This document shows positions 1-9,746 of a stretch of 64,000 nucleotides of DNA, piece after piece. The stretch is from Alphaproteobacteria bacterium (GTDB taxonomy: Bacteria > Pseudomonadota > Alphaproteobacteria > RF32 > CAG-239): contig JAZULC010000018.1 of NCBI GenBank assembly GCA_045643605.1, positions 53,700 through 117,699 on the forward strand, written 5' to 3'. The notes beneath the pieces were generated by a model. The model did not search any database, was not told the origin of the DNA, and saw only the letters and a program-made list of their open reading frames with translations. Position 1 is the first letter of the stretch. Each line of letters opens with the position of its first letter. The translations under genes and the position numbers were made by a program.

Positions 1-2
1 GT

Positions 3-383
3 GAAACAGGCTCTGTTGCTTTCAATTTTGAACACATAGGTTACATTCAATATCCTCTTGATATTGCTGATGCCGATACAGTTTTTGAAAAAGCTTTAGA
101 GGCTGGTGCTAATGATGTTTCTTCTGATGAGGAACATCACGAAATTGAAACTTTAACAGATGATTTAAATTCTGTTACCGAAACACTTGAAAAAGAATTT
201 GGTACACCTTCTGCATCTAAACTCGTATGGAAACCTACAGTAAAAGCTGAAATTACCGATCTTGAAACTGCAAAGAAATTCTTGGAATTTATTGATGTTA
301 TGGAAGATGATGATGATGTTCAACAAGTGTTCCATAATGCAGAAATCTCTGATGATATTTTGGCTCAATTGAGCGAAGAATAA
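3..383 (+). CDS. yebC: YebC/PmpR (TACO1) family transcriptional regulator, C-terminal part; the 5' end lies outside the window
   Basis: Frame-3 translation from nt 3 reads ETGSVAFNFEHIGYIQYP...FIDVMEDDDDVQQVFHNAEISDDILAQLSEE*, typical of the YebC C-terminus. The TAA stop is at 381-383. It sits directly upstream of ruvC, the classical yebC-ruvC synteny. Confidence 0.8.
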   Translation, partial: ETGSVAFNFEHIGYIQYPLDIADADTVFEKALEAGANDVSSDEEHHEIETLTDDLNSVTETLEKEFGTPSASKLVWKPTVKAEITDLETAKKFLEFIDVMEDDDDVQQVFHNAEISDDILAQLSEE

Positions 384-385
384 AT

Positions 386-865
386 ATGATAATTTTAGGA
401 TTAGACCCCAGTCTTTCTTCTACGGGCTGGGGTATTATTGAACTTGAAGGTAATCATATCAAATATATTGATGATGGTTTTATACCTACGGATTCTAAAT
501 TGGCAACGACAACAAGATTAGATATGATTTATCGTGAATTATGTCGTATTATTGAGAAATACAAACCTCAAGAAGCAGCCATTGAGCAAATTTTTCTAAA
601 TACTAATCCTCAATCAACAATAAAACTCGGTATGGCAAGAGGTGTGGTCATCCTTGCTCCGGCAACTTATGCAATTCCACTTGAAGAATATGAACCAAAC
701 AAAGTAAAAAAGGCTTTAGTCGGTGTTGGCAAAGCTCAAAAAGACCAGGTTGAAACTATGGTAAAAATTTTACTTCCAGGGTGCAAACCAAAAAACAACG
801 ACTCTTCCGATGCATTAGCTATCGCAATTACACATGCACATTTAAGAAAAAGCCGTGGATATTAA
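386..865 (+). CDS. ruvC: Crossover junction endodeoxyribonuclease RuvC
   Basis: 159 aa. The N-terminus MIILGLDPSLSSTGWG and C-terminal SSDALAIAITHA are RuvC hallmarks. It follows yebC. Confidence 0.95.
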   Translation: MIILGLDPSLSSTGWGIIELEGNHIKYIDDGFIPTDSKLATTTRLDMIYRELCRIIEKYKPQEAAIEQIFLNTNPQSTIKLGMARGVVILAPATYAIPLEEYEPNKVKKALVGVGKAQKDQVETMVKILLPGCKPKNNDSSDALAIAITHAHLRKSRGY

Positions 866-867
866 TA

Positions 868-2568
868 TTATAAAGGCGCACACATTTCCTTTAACCATTC
901 TGCTTCATCTTTATCTAAAAACGGCCCTACTTTTTCAAAAACATTTTGATTATAATTATTCAAATAAGTAATCTCATCTGTACTCAATAAATACTTATTT
1001 ACAAGTCTCTTATCTATAGGTGCCAACGTTAGGGGAATGAACTTCAAAAATTTTCCACTATAAGGTTCTTCGTTTATTACAACTGTTTTATATAAATTTT
1101 CAATTCTAATTCCATAAAAACCTTCTTTATAATATCCGGGTTCAATAGATAATACCATATTTGCGTATAATGGAGCATTACCACTATCGCTTAAAGACGG
1201 AGGAGTTTCATGGACCCCTGAAAAATAACCGACACCATGTCCTGAACCATGTTTATACTCTAAACCGTATTTCCATAATTCTCTTCTGCAAATACCGTCC
1301 AAAACTTTTTCTGATACTTTATTGGGAAATATTGTTGATGCCAATGCAATATGAGCCTTCAAAACATAAGTGAATGCATTGCAAATTTCCTGGTCTGTTA
1401 CATTTCCTACAGGAATTGTTCTGGTAACATCCGTCGTCCCGTCAAAATATTGTGCTCCGGAATCCAACAGCAAAACATTCCCTTCTTTCATTACCTTATT
1501 CGTTTGTTCATCAGGAGAATAATGCACAATTGCGGCATTTGTTCCATAAGCAGCTATTGTAGAAAAACTTTCAGAATAAAAATGATGTTGTTTACTTCTA
1601 AATTGGTGTAATTTCTCACACACATCTAATTCTGTTTTATTTTTCCAATTTTTATCAAACCAATATAAAAACTTTGTCAATGCAACACCATCTCTTAAAT
1701 GCGAATTTTCAAAACCTTGTATTTCTCTATCTGATTTGATATTTTTTTCTAAAATCAAAGGATTTATTTCCGAAATAGCATTCCTTTTTAAAATATTAGT
1801 GATTTTTTGCGGAGTATAACTTGGATCAACACCAACATTATATTGGGATATATTTATAAGTTCTGTTTCTAAACATGAAAAATCATATGCTTTGATTTTT
1901 TTGATATTGTCTGCAAATATTTTATATTTACCTTTTTTATCTATTAACGCAAAGGCCCTTAATATCGGAGTATCAGGCAATAAATCAGAACGTAAATTTA
2001 ATAACCAAGAAACAGATGCCGCATCACATAAAAGGTAATAATCCAGATTTTTTTGATTCATAAAGTCTAATAAAATTTGCATTTTTTCTGTTGAAGATTT
2101 GCCACAAAATTCAGCTTTATGTTTAAAGGCAGTAGCTGTTTCATCTGTCGTTAAACTACCTAACAGATTATATTCATCAGCAACAAGGCTGCATTCCTGA
2201 AAAGTTTTTTTCAGATGATCAATAGTACTTTTTGTAAAGCACCAAGGATTGTACATCAAAGAATTTATTTGTTTATCTATATATGGCAAAATAGCAGAAG
2301 AAGTTGGATATAACTTTGTACATACTACTTCAATATTTTTATCCATAACCTCATTTTTTGCTTGAATTTCATATCTTCCGTCTACGAGTAAAATAGCTTT
2401 TTTTTGCAAAACCAACAACAATCCGTTTGACCCGCTAAATCCGGTTAATTCTAATATTTTATTTTCAGAATCCAACAAATCCTGTTTTATAAACATATTG
2501 CTGTGATTTATCAGATACGCTTCTACTTTATGTCGTTTTATTTCACGTTGTAAATCTACTAATTTCAT
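868..2568 (-). CDS. pepP: Xaa-Pro aminopeptidase (M24B family, creatinase-like N-domain)
   Basis: HGSGHGVGYFSGVHE and the EPGYY metal-ligand motifs are present. The start is moved to the internal ATG (MKLVDLQ) at 2568, which forms an ATGA overlap with the prmA stop. Confidence 0.85.
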   Translation of the reverse strand: MKLVDLQREIKRHKVEAYLINHSNMFIKQDLLDSENKILELTGFSGSNGLLLVLQKKAILLVDGRYEIQAKNEVMDKNIEVVCTKLYPTSSAILPYIDKQINSLMYNPWCFTKSTIDHLKKTFQECSLVADEYNLLGSLTTDETATAFKHKAEFCGKSSTEKMQILLDFMNQKNLDYYLLCDAASVSWLLNLRSDLLPDTPILRAFALIDKKGKYKIFADNIKKIKAYDFSCLETELINISQYNVGVDPSYTPQKITNILKRNAISEINPLILEKNIKSDREIQGFENSHLRDGVALTKFLYWFDKNWKNKTELDVCEKLHQFRSKQHHFYSESFSTIAAYGTNAAIVHYSPDEQTNKVMKEGNVLLLDSGAQYFDGTTDVTRTIPVGNVTDQEICNAFTYVLKAHIALASTIFPNKVSEKVLDGICRRELWKYGLEYKHGSGHGVGYFSGVHETPPSLSDSGNAPLYANMVLSIEPGYYKEGFYGIRIENLYKTVVINEEPYSGKFLKFIPLTLAPIDKRLVNKYLLSTDEITYLNNYNQNVFEKVGPFLDKDEAEWLKEMCAPL

Positions 2569-3446
2569 GATATTTTCTCCAAAACAACAGCTCTCCAATT
2601 TTGTAATTTCATAATTTTTATAACTTTCAAATTATATCTTTGATGTTCTTTAATTACCCACTCTAACTGTTCATCAATGAATCCGGATATAACACCGAAT
2701 CCTCCGATTTTAAGATTTTTTGACATATTTTCTGCCATAGAAATTAACGGTCGTGCAAAAATATTTGCCATAATCAAATCATAAGGAGCAGAATCTAGAA
2801 TCTCCGTTAATTGGTATCCATCACCTAAAAAACAATGGATATTATTTTCAACACAATTTTCAATCACATTATTTTTGCAAACATTTACGGCTTCTTTATC
2901 AATATCTACAGCCATAATTGTGGAATTTTTCCATAGCTTTGCTGCAGCAATTGCTAAAATTCCGGAACCCGTCCCGATATCTAAAATTCTATCACAAACT
3001 TTTTTATTATTGGCAATTTGACTGATTGCTTTAAGGCACATTCTGGTTGTTTGATGATTTGAACCAAACGCGGTAGCTGCATAAATTTTCATCGGAATTT
3101 TTTTTGTATTACATTTTTTTATATCTTGCGCATCAAAAATCAAAAAATTACCGACTTCAAACGGAGAAAACTGTATAGCATTTTCAATTAACCAATTTTT
3201 ATTTTTAAAAATTTCAACCGTATAATCTGGCAATTTTACATTAAATATTTTTGCTTGATTCTCCATATCTTCTTGCAAAAAATTATCTGTTTTATACCCT
3301 ATAATTTCTTTTATATTTTTTTCTACAACTACAGCATCAAAATATGTTTCAAAAAAATTATTTAATTCAGGAGATATTTCATTTGTAACAAAAAATCTTA
3401 CTGACCAATAATTTTCAGAAATATTTTCCATATTTTTTATCCTCAT
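2565..3446 (-). CDS. prmA: Ribosomal protein L11 methyltransferase
   Basis: 293 aa. SAM motif ILDIGTGSGILAIAAAKL and overall PrmA length and layout. The start could instead be the downstream MENISEN. Confidence 0.85.
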   Translation of the reverse strand: MRIKNMENISENYWSVRFFVTNEISPELNNFFETYFDAVVVEKNIKEIIGYKTDNFLQEDMENQAKIFNVKLPDYTVEIFKNKNWLIENAIQFSPFEVGNFLIFDAQDIKKCNTKKIPMKIYAATAFGSNHQTTRMCLKAISQIANNKKVCDRILDIGTGSGILAIAAAKLWKNSTIMAVDIDKEAVNVCKNNVIENCVENNIHCFLGDGYQLTEILDSAPYDLIMANIFARPLISMAENMSKNLKIGGFGVISGFIDEQLEWVIKEHQRYNLKVIKIMKLQNWRAVVLEKIS

Positions 3447-3519
3447 TATAAATTTATTTACTTTTATCTATTATCATTAGCACATATTACATTAAAACTT
3501 ATAAAAAGAGATTAAAAAA

Positions 3520-4269
3520 ATGAAAAAAATATTTGCTTTATTCGGTGCTGTTTTTTTATTAACAAATTGTTCTTTATTCGGCGAAGAGTATATTGAATAT
3601 GGTGAATTTATAGTATCACCTGCTAATAATGATTTTCAACTAATAAAAGAAGAAGAAATCACAGAAGAAATGATTGAGCCTGATGAAAGACATTTTGTAT
3701 CAGCTAATGAAACCGCTTATTTTTTCAAAAAATATATATTAAAAACATATGAACGGCAGGGTTTTTATGCTTCAAGTAATGGTATGGTTAAAGGTGGAGC
3801 ATATCCTATCAATTTAAAAGATGAAACTTGGTACGAAAAAATGGGTGTTATTAATATCTACGGAACCAATTACACCTTAATAAATCCAGAAGGAAAAACA
3901 TTCTTATTAATCGCTCCTGACGGAACTATCAGCCCTTATATTGCTCGTAAAGACAAGGATAATGAAGATATACTCAAAGTAAGACACACTAAATTACATT
4001 TTTACCCAGAAGACTTAAAAATTGAGATTAGAAAAGATATTAAACAAGAAAAATCAAATCCGTTTATCGGTATGGAGATTATATTTAAAGGACGCTTAAA
4101 TGGTTCTTATGCCTTTGCTTTTAAAGATTTTGACGCTTCAGGAAAAGAAGAATATAAATATGTTGATTTCAACGAAGCATACGATATCGTTGACTTTCAA
4201 AATGTAAAACTAAAAATATTATCTGTATCAGATAATCGTCTTGAATATTCTTTAATTGAAAAAGATTAA
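3520..4269 (+). CDS. Hypothetical lipoprotein
   Basis: Signal peptide MKKIFALFGAVFLLTNCS with a lipobox-like LTNC. I recognise no family. Confidence 0.6.
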   Translation: MKKIFALFGAVFLLTNCSLFGEEYIEYGEFIVSPANNDFQLIKEEEITEEMIEPDERHFVSANETAYFFKKYILKTYERQGFYASSNGMVKGGAYPINLKDETWYEKMGVINIYGTNYTLINPEGKTFLLIAPDGTISPYIARKDKDNEDILKVRHTKLHFYPEDLKIEIRKDIKQEKSNPFIGMEIIFKGRLNGSYAFAFKDFDASGKEEYKYVDFNEAYDIVDFQNVKLKILSVSDNRLEYSLIEKD

Positions 4270-4341
4270 AACTGAAGTTTAATACCTACTTTTATTCTCC
4301 TTCTCTATCACTAAATATATATATCGGAGAAGGAGGGTAAA

Positions 4342-4659
4342 ATGCAATTTATCAGACCAAAACTTTTAAATAAAGAATCTCTTATTTTAGATATTCGTAC
4401 ACAAGAAGAATACGATGAAGAGCATTTGTTGCTTCCGCATATTCATGAAGATATGAAAAATATTAATGATATAGATACATTAATCACAAAATATCACCTG
4501 ACAAACGAAAAAACCATAAATATTTTATGTTCTTCCGGAGGTGGAAGAGCTGAAAATATAGCAAACAAACTACAAAATCACGGAATATATAATATCGCCA
4601 TTATTTTAGGAGGAATGGACGGAATTAAAAACGATAATATTGAAACAACAATACATTAA
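4342..4659 (+). CDS. Rhodanese-like domain protein
   Basis: 105 aa, single-domain size. ILCSSGGGRAENIA fits the rhodanese active-site loop CxxGxR. Confidence 0.75.
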   Translation: MQFIRPKLLNKESLILDIRTQEEYDEEHLLLPHIHEDMKNINDIDTLITKYHLTNEKTINILCSSGGGRAENIANKLQNHGIYNIAIILGGMDGIKNDNIETTIH

Positions 4660-4717
4660 AATCTTGTGAAAAAAAATTTTTGTAGTACATTACAGACATA
4701 TGGAAAGGATTTTCAAT

Positions 4718-5350
4718 ATGCCTGATTTTTTATTAGAAAAAACTTGCGGAGCAAAAGTCGTTGGAATAGATGAAGCTGGACGAGGACCTTGGGCTGGTCC
4801 TGTGGTTGCCGGAGCCGTAATGTTCAAAAATTATAAGTGTACCACAAATCTTTTGGATATCCTTGATGATTCTAAAAAACTTTCTCCACACAAGAGAGAA
4901 ATCGCCTATAACTTGATCAAACAAGAAGAACAAAATGGCAATCTTATTTGTGCCATAGGTATCGCCAGTGTTGAAGAAATAGATTCCTTAAATATTTTAC
5001 AAGCTACATTTTTGGCAATGGCAAGAGCTTACAATCAATTAAACATTCATGCTGATACTGTACTTGTGGACGGGAACCTTGTTCCTAACACAATTAAAGA
5101 CCCTTGTAAAACAGTTATAAAAGGTGATGCAAAATGCTATTCTATTTCTGCCGCATCAATTTGTGCAAAAGTTTTTAGAGATAATTATATGAAAAAAATT
5201 GCACAAGAATATCCTTTTTATGGTTTTGAAAAAAATATGGGCTACGGAACTAAAGAACATATTGACGCCTTAAATAAATACGGAATATGCAAAATTCATC
5301 GTCTTTCATATAAACCGATAAAAGAAATTTTGGCTCTTAACAATAAATAA
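4718..5350 (+). CDS. rnhB: Ribonuclease HII
   Basis: GIDEAGRGPWAGPVVAGAV catalytic motif. The ATG at 4718 is preferred because AAAGGA lies 9 nt upstream; the longest ORF starts at 4700. Confidence 0.9.
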   Translation: MPDFLLEKTCGAKVVGIDEAGRGPWAGPVVAGAVMFKNYKCTTNLLDILDDSKKLSPHKREIAYNLIKQEEQNGNLICAIGIASVEEIDSLNILQATFLAMARAYNQLNIHADTVLVDGNLVPNTIKDPCKTVIKGDAKCYSISAASICAKVFRDNYMKKIAQEYPFYGFEKNMGYGTKEHIDALNKYGICKIHRLSYKPIKEILALNNK

Positions 5351-5366
5351 TAATTTATTTATTTAT

Positions 5367-6728
5367 TTATTTATTTGCTAAAGCTTCCATAATTTCTGCC
5401 TGTAAATCATCAATTTTTAATTTTAATCTGGAATTTACGTTATATTTTTCAGCATCATTTAATTGTTTTTGCGCAATTTCCGGCATATTAATTTCCAAAC
5501 TATATTGCGCCGTAGCATATTGTCGCTCTGCTTTTTTATCTAATTCGTCATATGTCTTTGCCAACAAAATCCAACCATATGCCGATGGTTGTTTTTGGAG
5601 CGCTTCGTTTAGAATCTTTTCATTATAAAGTAAGTCTTTATTATTATGTTCGCTTTCTAAAATTGCTTGAGCTACATTATATTTAAATAATGCAGAATCA
5701 GGTATAACGTTTAAAGCTTTCATAAATTCTTGTTTTGCATCTAAAGTTTTACCTTGTTCCATTAAAATTTGTCCCTTTAATTCCATAAAATGGGGGTTAT
5801 CCGGTTCCTTTTGTTGTAAAATGTTAATTTTAGACATAGCCTCTGCATAACTGAAGTTTCGTAAATCAGCAATACAGTTGGCATATAAAGCTTCAATAGA
5901 TTTATCTGTTTTCGGATATCTTTTAGCTACATACGCTGTATTATATAAGAATCCCTGCAATTTTGCCCGTACCCTTGCGTGTTTTTTATCTAAATTTGAA
6001 TATGTTGAATACTGTGAATTTTTAGTTGCATTATTCAAAAAAGATATTCTTTCTGCAGTAACCGGATGCGTGCGAAAATAAGGAAATTCTTCAATACCTT
6101 GTAAGCGATTTTGAATATTTATCTGCTTCATAAAATCAGCTAAACCTTTAGGAGATTGATGTATTTGATTTAAGAAATTTACCGCGGCTTCATCAGCGCT
6201 TCGTTCCTCTTCTACCTGATAAGCACTCATATTTGCATAAGCAGAACTTGCTCCTCCCAACATAATTGCCGTCGCGACATCTCCTCTGCCGGAAGCCATT
6301 CCTGCAGCTCCTGCTACTATCAAAGAAGCTAAACTTAATTTTTGCAATTTTTCCAATCTTATTTTCTGGCGCAAAATATGCCCACCTTTAATATGCCCTA
6401 TTTCGTGTGCTAAAACACCGGAAAGTTCATTTGAATTTTTCGCCTTTATAATAGTTCCGGTATTAATAAACATATCATTACCATCTGCAACAAATGCATT
6501 TAATGAATCGTCTTCTATAATATAAATTTTTTGGCTGTCAAAAGGTATTTTCGCCACAGAAAATATCGGTTTCAAAATAAGTGATAAGTACTGTTTTGTT
6601 TCCTCATCATCAATAATATTTTGAGAATATAAACATAAAGGAAAAAAGGATAACAAAAATATTGTTATCCTCAATATTTCTCTCACTTTTGTGGTAAAAG
6701 TTACATTTTTCCCAGCAATCTTCTCCAC
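5367..6728 (-). CDS. M48 family metalloprotease with C-terminal TPR repeats (BepA/YfgC-like)
   Basis: HEIGHIKGGH (HExxH) motif, N-terminal signal/TM segment and a TPR-like C-terminal half. Confidence 0.8.
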   Translation of the reverse strand: MEKIAGKNVTFTTKVREILRITIFLLSFFPLCLYSQNIIDDEETKQYLSLILKPIFSVAKIPFDSQKIYIIEDDSLNAFVADGNDMFINTGTIIKAKNSNELSGVLAHEIGHIKGGHILRQKIRLEKLQKLSLASLIVAGAAGMASGRGDVATAIMLGGASSAYANMSAYQVEEERSADEAAVNFLNQIHQSPKGLADFMKQINIQNRLQGIEEFPYFRTHPVTAERISFLNNATKNSQYSTYSNLDKKHARVRAKLQGFLYNTAYVAKRYPKTDKSIEALYANCIADLRNFSYAEAMSKINILQQKEPDNPHFMELKGQILMEQGKTLDAKQEFMKALNVIPDSALFKYNVAQAILESEHNNKDLLYNEKILNEALQKQPSAYGWILLAKTYDELDKKAERQYATAQYSLEINMPEIAQKQLNDAEKYNVNSRLKLKIDDLQAEIMEALANK

Positions 6729-9220
6729 CAGCCTACCTTCCCCTTTGGCTTATCTGCTGAAGTATCTTCTGCATAATTGTTTTTGTGATTTTTATTGCGC
6801 CAAAATCTACCACGATTACGATCAAAACGATGTCTGCGATCTCTCTTATAATTATTCTTTTCATAAGAAATATACTCATCATCATCTTCTTCATAATCTT
6901 GTTCAAAGTCGTCTTCATTATCAACTTTTACTTCATCTTCAACTTTTGTTTTAGTCAGTTTTATTCTTTCAATCTTATAATCCGCAATATTTTTTACAGT
7001 TTCATCAGCAGAAATTACTATTTCCATATCGTATTTTTTTTCTAAATCATATAGAGATTTCTTTTTCTGATTAAGCAGATAAATAGCAGAATCGTAAGGT
7101 ACAGATATATTCAAACGAGAAAATCTGTTTTTAATACCTTCTTCTTCTATTTCTCTTAAAATATATAATCCTGCAGATTCCAAAGTCCTAACCATACCTG
7201 TTCCATTACAGTGAGGACAAACGACATAGTTGCTCTCAATAAATGATGAGTGCAAACGTTGACGAGAAATTTCCAATAAACCGAAGCAACTCATTTTAGC
7301 AATTTGTACTTTTGCTCTATCGTTTTTCATTGCCTCTTTCATACGTTTTTCAACTGCATGATTATTTTGAGGTTCTTCCATATCAATAAAATCAACAACA
7401 ACCAAACCAGCTAAATCTCTCATTCTTAATTGACGAGCAATTTCATCAGCAGCTTCAAGATTTGTATTCAATGCTGTTTCTTCAATATCTTTTTCTTTAG
7501 TTGCGCGCCCAGAGTTGACATCTATTGAAACCAGAGCTTCTGTAGGGTTAATCACTAAATAACCACCAGATTCTAATTGTACAATCGGATTATGCAGTTT
7601 ATCTAACTGATTTTCAACCTGAAAACGTTGGAACAATGGAATATCATCAGAATGAGAGCACTTAATTTTTTTCAATTGATTCGGAGAATATATTTTTACA
7701 AACTCTTTTGCTGTTCTATAAGCTTTTTCTCCATCTATTAAAACCTCAGAAATTTCTTTGGTATACATATCACGCAATGCGCGTTTTACCAAATTACCTT
7801 CTTCATAAACCATAAGAGGAGCTTTATTTGTAAGAGCTAAATTTCTAATCTGGTTCCAAGTCCTCATTAAATAGTTATAATCACGAGTGATATCCTGTTT
7901 TGTTTTTTCTTCACCTGCTGTTCTTATAATCATAGACATATCAGAAGACAAAGGCAAAGATTTTAAAATATCTTTCAAACGTTTGCGATCATTTGCTACT
8001 GTAATCTTGCGAGAAACACCACCGCTTTTAATACGATTTGGCATCAGCACACAATATTTGCCGGCAAGCGATAAATATGTTGTCAAAGCTGCTCCTTTGT
8101 TACCTCTTTCTTCTTTCAAAACTTGAACAAGTAAAATTTGACCTTCTTTAATTACGTCTTGAATTGTACTTCCATAATACATTTTGCGCAAAATCATCAG
8201 TTTTCTTTGCGCTTCAAAATCAGACTCAAAATCATTTTCATCATCATCTATTTGTTCATTTTCTATCTCTCCTTCAGAGACATTTTCACAAATATATTCA
8301 TCTTCTGATGAACGTTGCGACATAACTTTTAATTTGTCACTTTTGGCATTTTTTCTTCTACGACCGCCTACATGAAATTTTTTTCCTTTAGCATTTTCGT
8401 CTGTATTATCTGACACTGTTTCTTCTGTTTGCTCATTTTCTGCAACAAGTTCTGTAGATTGTTCATCTTGATAATGTTCAAGTTGTTGCTCAATATTAAC
8501 ATCCTTGCCTGAATCAATCTCGTTTTCTATCACAATTTCTCCGATATCCGAAGCATTTTCTAACTTTTCTACTTGTTCAGAAAAATCGACAGTCGCAATA
8601 ATTTCATCAGTAATTTGCTTTCTACTTTTAGTCATACGGCGACGACGACCGTCTTTTTGATATTTTTTATCTGCATCAATATTTTCTTCAGATACTTGTT
8701 CTTCAGAGCTCGGCTGTTCAGATACTTCTGTTGTATTCTTTTCAACAACATCTTGATTAGATTCTGTAAAAGATTCAGAATTATTATTTTCTTCAGAGGT
8801 ATTATCAACAGCATTATCTGTTTCATTTTCTGTTGCAATTTGTTGCTGACGAGCTAATTCTTCTTCATAAGCACGTCTTGACTGTTCACGACGTTGTTCG
8901 CGCTCTCTTATTTGTTGTTTTTTAGCTTCAATTATTTCATCAACTTCTTTTTCTATATCACGTACAGTTTTTTCAGGAATATTGTAATAATCAGGATGAA
9001 TTTCACTAAAAGCTAAAAATCCATGTTTATTACCACCATAATCTACAAAAGCTGCCTGTAATGATGGCTCTATTCTTACGACTTTTGCCAGATAAATATT
9101 ACCTTTTATTTGTTTTCTGTTTTCAGATTCAAATTCAACATCTTCAAGTTTGTTGCCATCTAAAACAACAACTCTCGTTTCTTCTTGACGAGTAGCGTCA
9201 ATCAACATTCTTTTGGTCAT
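6701..9220 (-). CDS. rne: Ribonuclease E with a large acidic/Arg-rich insertion in the S1 domain
   Basis: MTKRMLIDATRQEETRVVVLDGNKLED N-terminus, KEERGNKGAALTTYLSLAG and the CPHCNGTG Zn-link motif. The start is set at the MTKRML ATG; the longest ORF starts at 9232. Confidence 0.9.
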   Translation of the reverse strand: MTKRMLIDATRQEETRVVVLDGNKLEDVEFESENRKQIKGNIYLAKVVRIEPSLQAAFVDYGGNKHGFLAFSEIHPDYYNIPEKTVRDIEKEVDEIIEAKKQQIREREQRREQSRRAYEEELARQQQIATENETDNAVDNTSEENNNSESFTESNQDVVEKNTTEVSEQPSSEEQVSEENIDADKKYQKDGRRRRMTKSRKQITDEIIATVDFSEQVEKLENASDIGEIVIENEIDSGKDVNIEQQLEHYQDEQSTELVAENEQTEETVSDNTDENAKGKKFHVGGRRRKNAKSDKLKVMSQRSSEDEYICENVSEGEIENEQIDDDENDFESDFEAQRKLMILRKMYYGSTIQDVIKEGQILLVQVLKEERGNKGAALTTYLSLAGKYCVLMPNRIKSGGVSRKITVANDRKRLKDILKSLPLSSDMSMIIRTAGEEKTKQDITRDYNYLMRTWNQIRNLALTNKAPLMVYEEGNLVKRALRDMYTKEISEVLIDGEKAYRTAKEFVKIYSPNQLKKIKCSHSDDIPLFQRFQVENQLDKLHNPIVQLESGGYLVINPTEALVSIDVNSGRATKEKDIEETALNTNLEAADEIARQLRMRDLAGLVVVDFIDMEEPQNNHAVEKRMKEAMKNDRAKVQIAKMSCFGLLEISRQRLHSSFIESNYVVCPHCNGTGMVRTLESAGLYILREIEEEGIKNRFSRLNISVPYDSAIYLLNQKKKSLYDLEKKYDMEIVISADETVKNIADYKIERIKLTKTKVEDEVKVDNEDDFEQDYEEDDDEYISYEKNNYKRDRRHRFDRNRGRFWRNKNHKNNYAEDTSADKPKGKVGWWRRLLGKM

Positions 9221-9746
9221 ATAAAACCCCACACAATAAACATCTGCAATAAATGCATTACATTATAACAACGCCGGGATTTGTTTTCAGAATAGCAAAA
9301 TAACCGCTAAAGCAGTTCCTTTTACACCAAAACTAATGCTACAAAGCAATAGTTCTTATTATAGTTGTGCATAAAACAATATTTTTCTTCTTGATTGTAG
9401 TCTTTGCACAAAAAAATAAACCCAGCAAACCCTTAAAACGAAGCACAATTTTCACCATGAAAAAAGGCGGTATCGCAACTTAAACCTCAAAAATCAAACA
9501 TTTATACCACATACAGCTTAAGCCCGATATATATTATCGTTTTAATCAACAGCAGAATATACAATTTATTTTTGAAATACAAGTATTTTTTTATTTTTTA
9601 TGCATACTTTTACAAACAAAATTATATCCAATCTAAAGATTTATTATTTTGTATCTCGGAACAATAAAAATTATTTGCTTTTTTAATAAAATGTGATAGC
9701 TTTGAGAGAAATTGTATATAAGATAAATACATTGCGGAGATATAAT

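Noticed and set aside
165-368. 67-aa minus-strand ORF
   Set aside because: It lies entirely antisense to the clearly recognisable yebC C-terminal coding frame, and its low-complexity sequence has no motif. It is an AT-rich antisense artefact.
6733-8857. Several 60-95-aa ORFs on both strands within rne (for example 6785-7045, 8573-8857 and 8632-8838)
   Set aside because: They overlap the well-supported RNase E frame, are low-complexity and arise from the repetitive acidic/AT-rich coding sequence.
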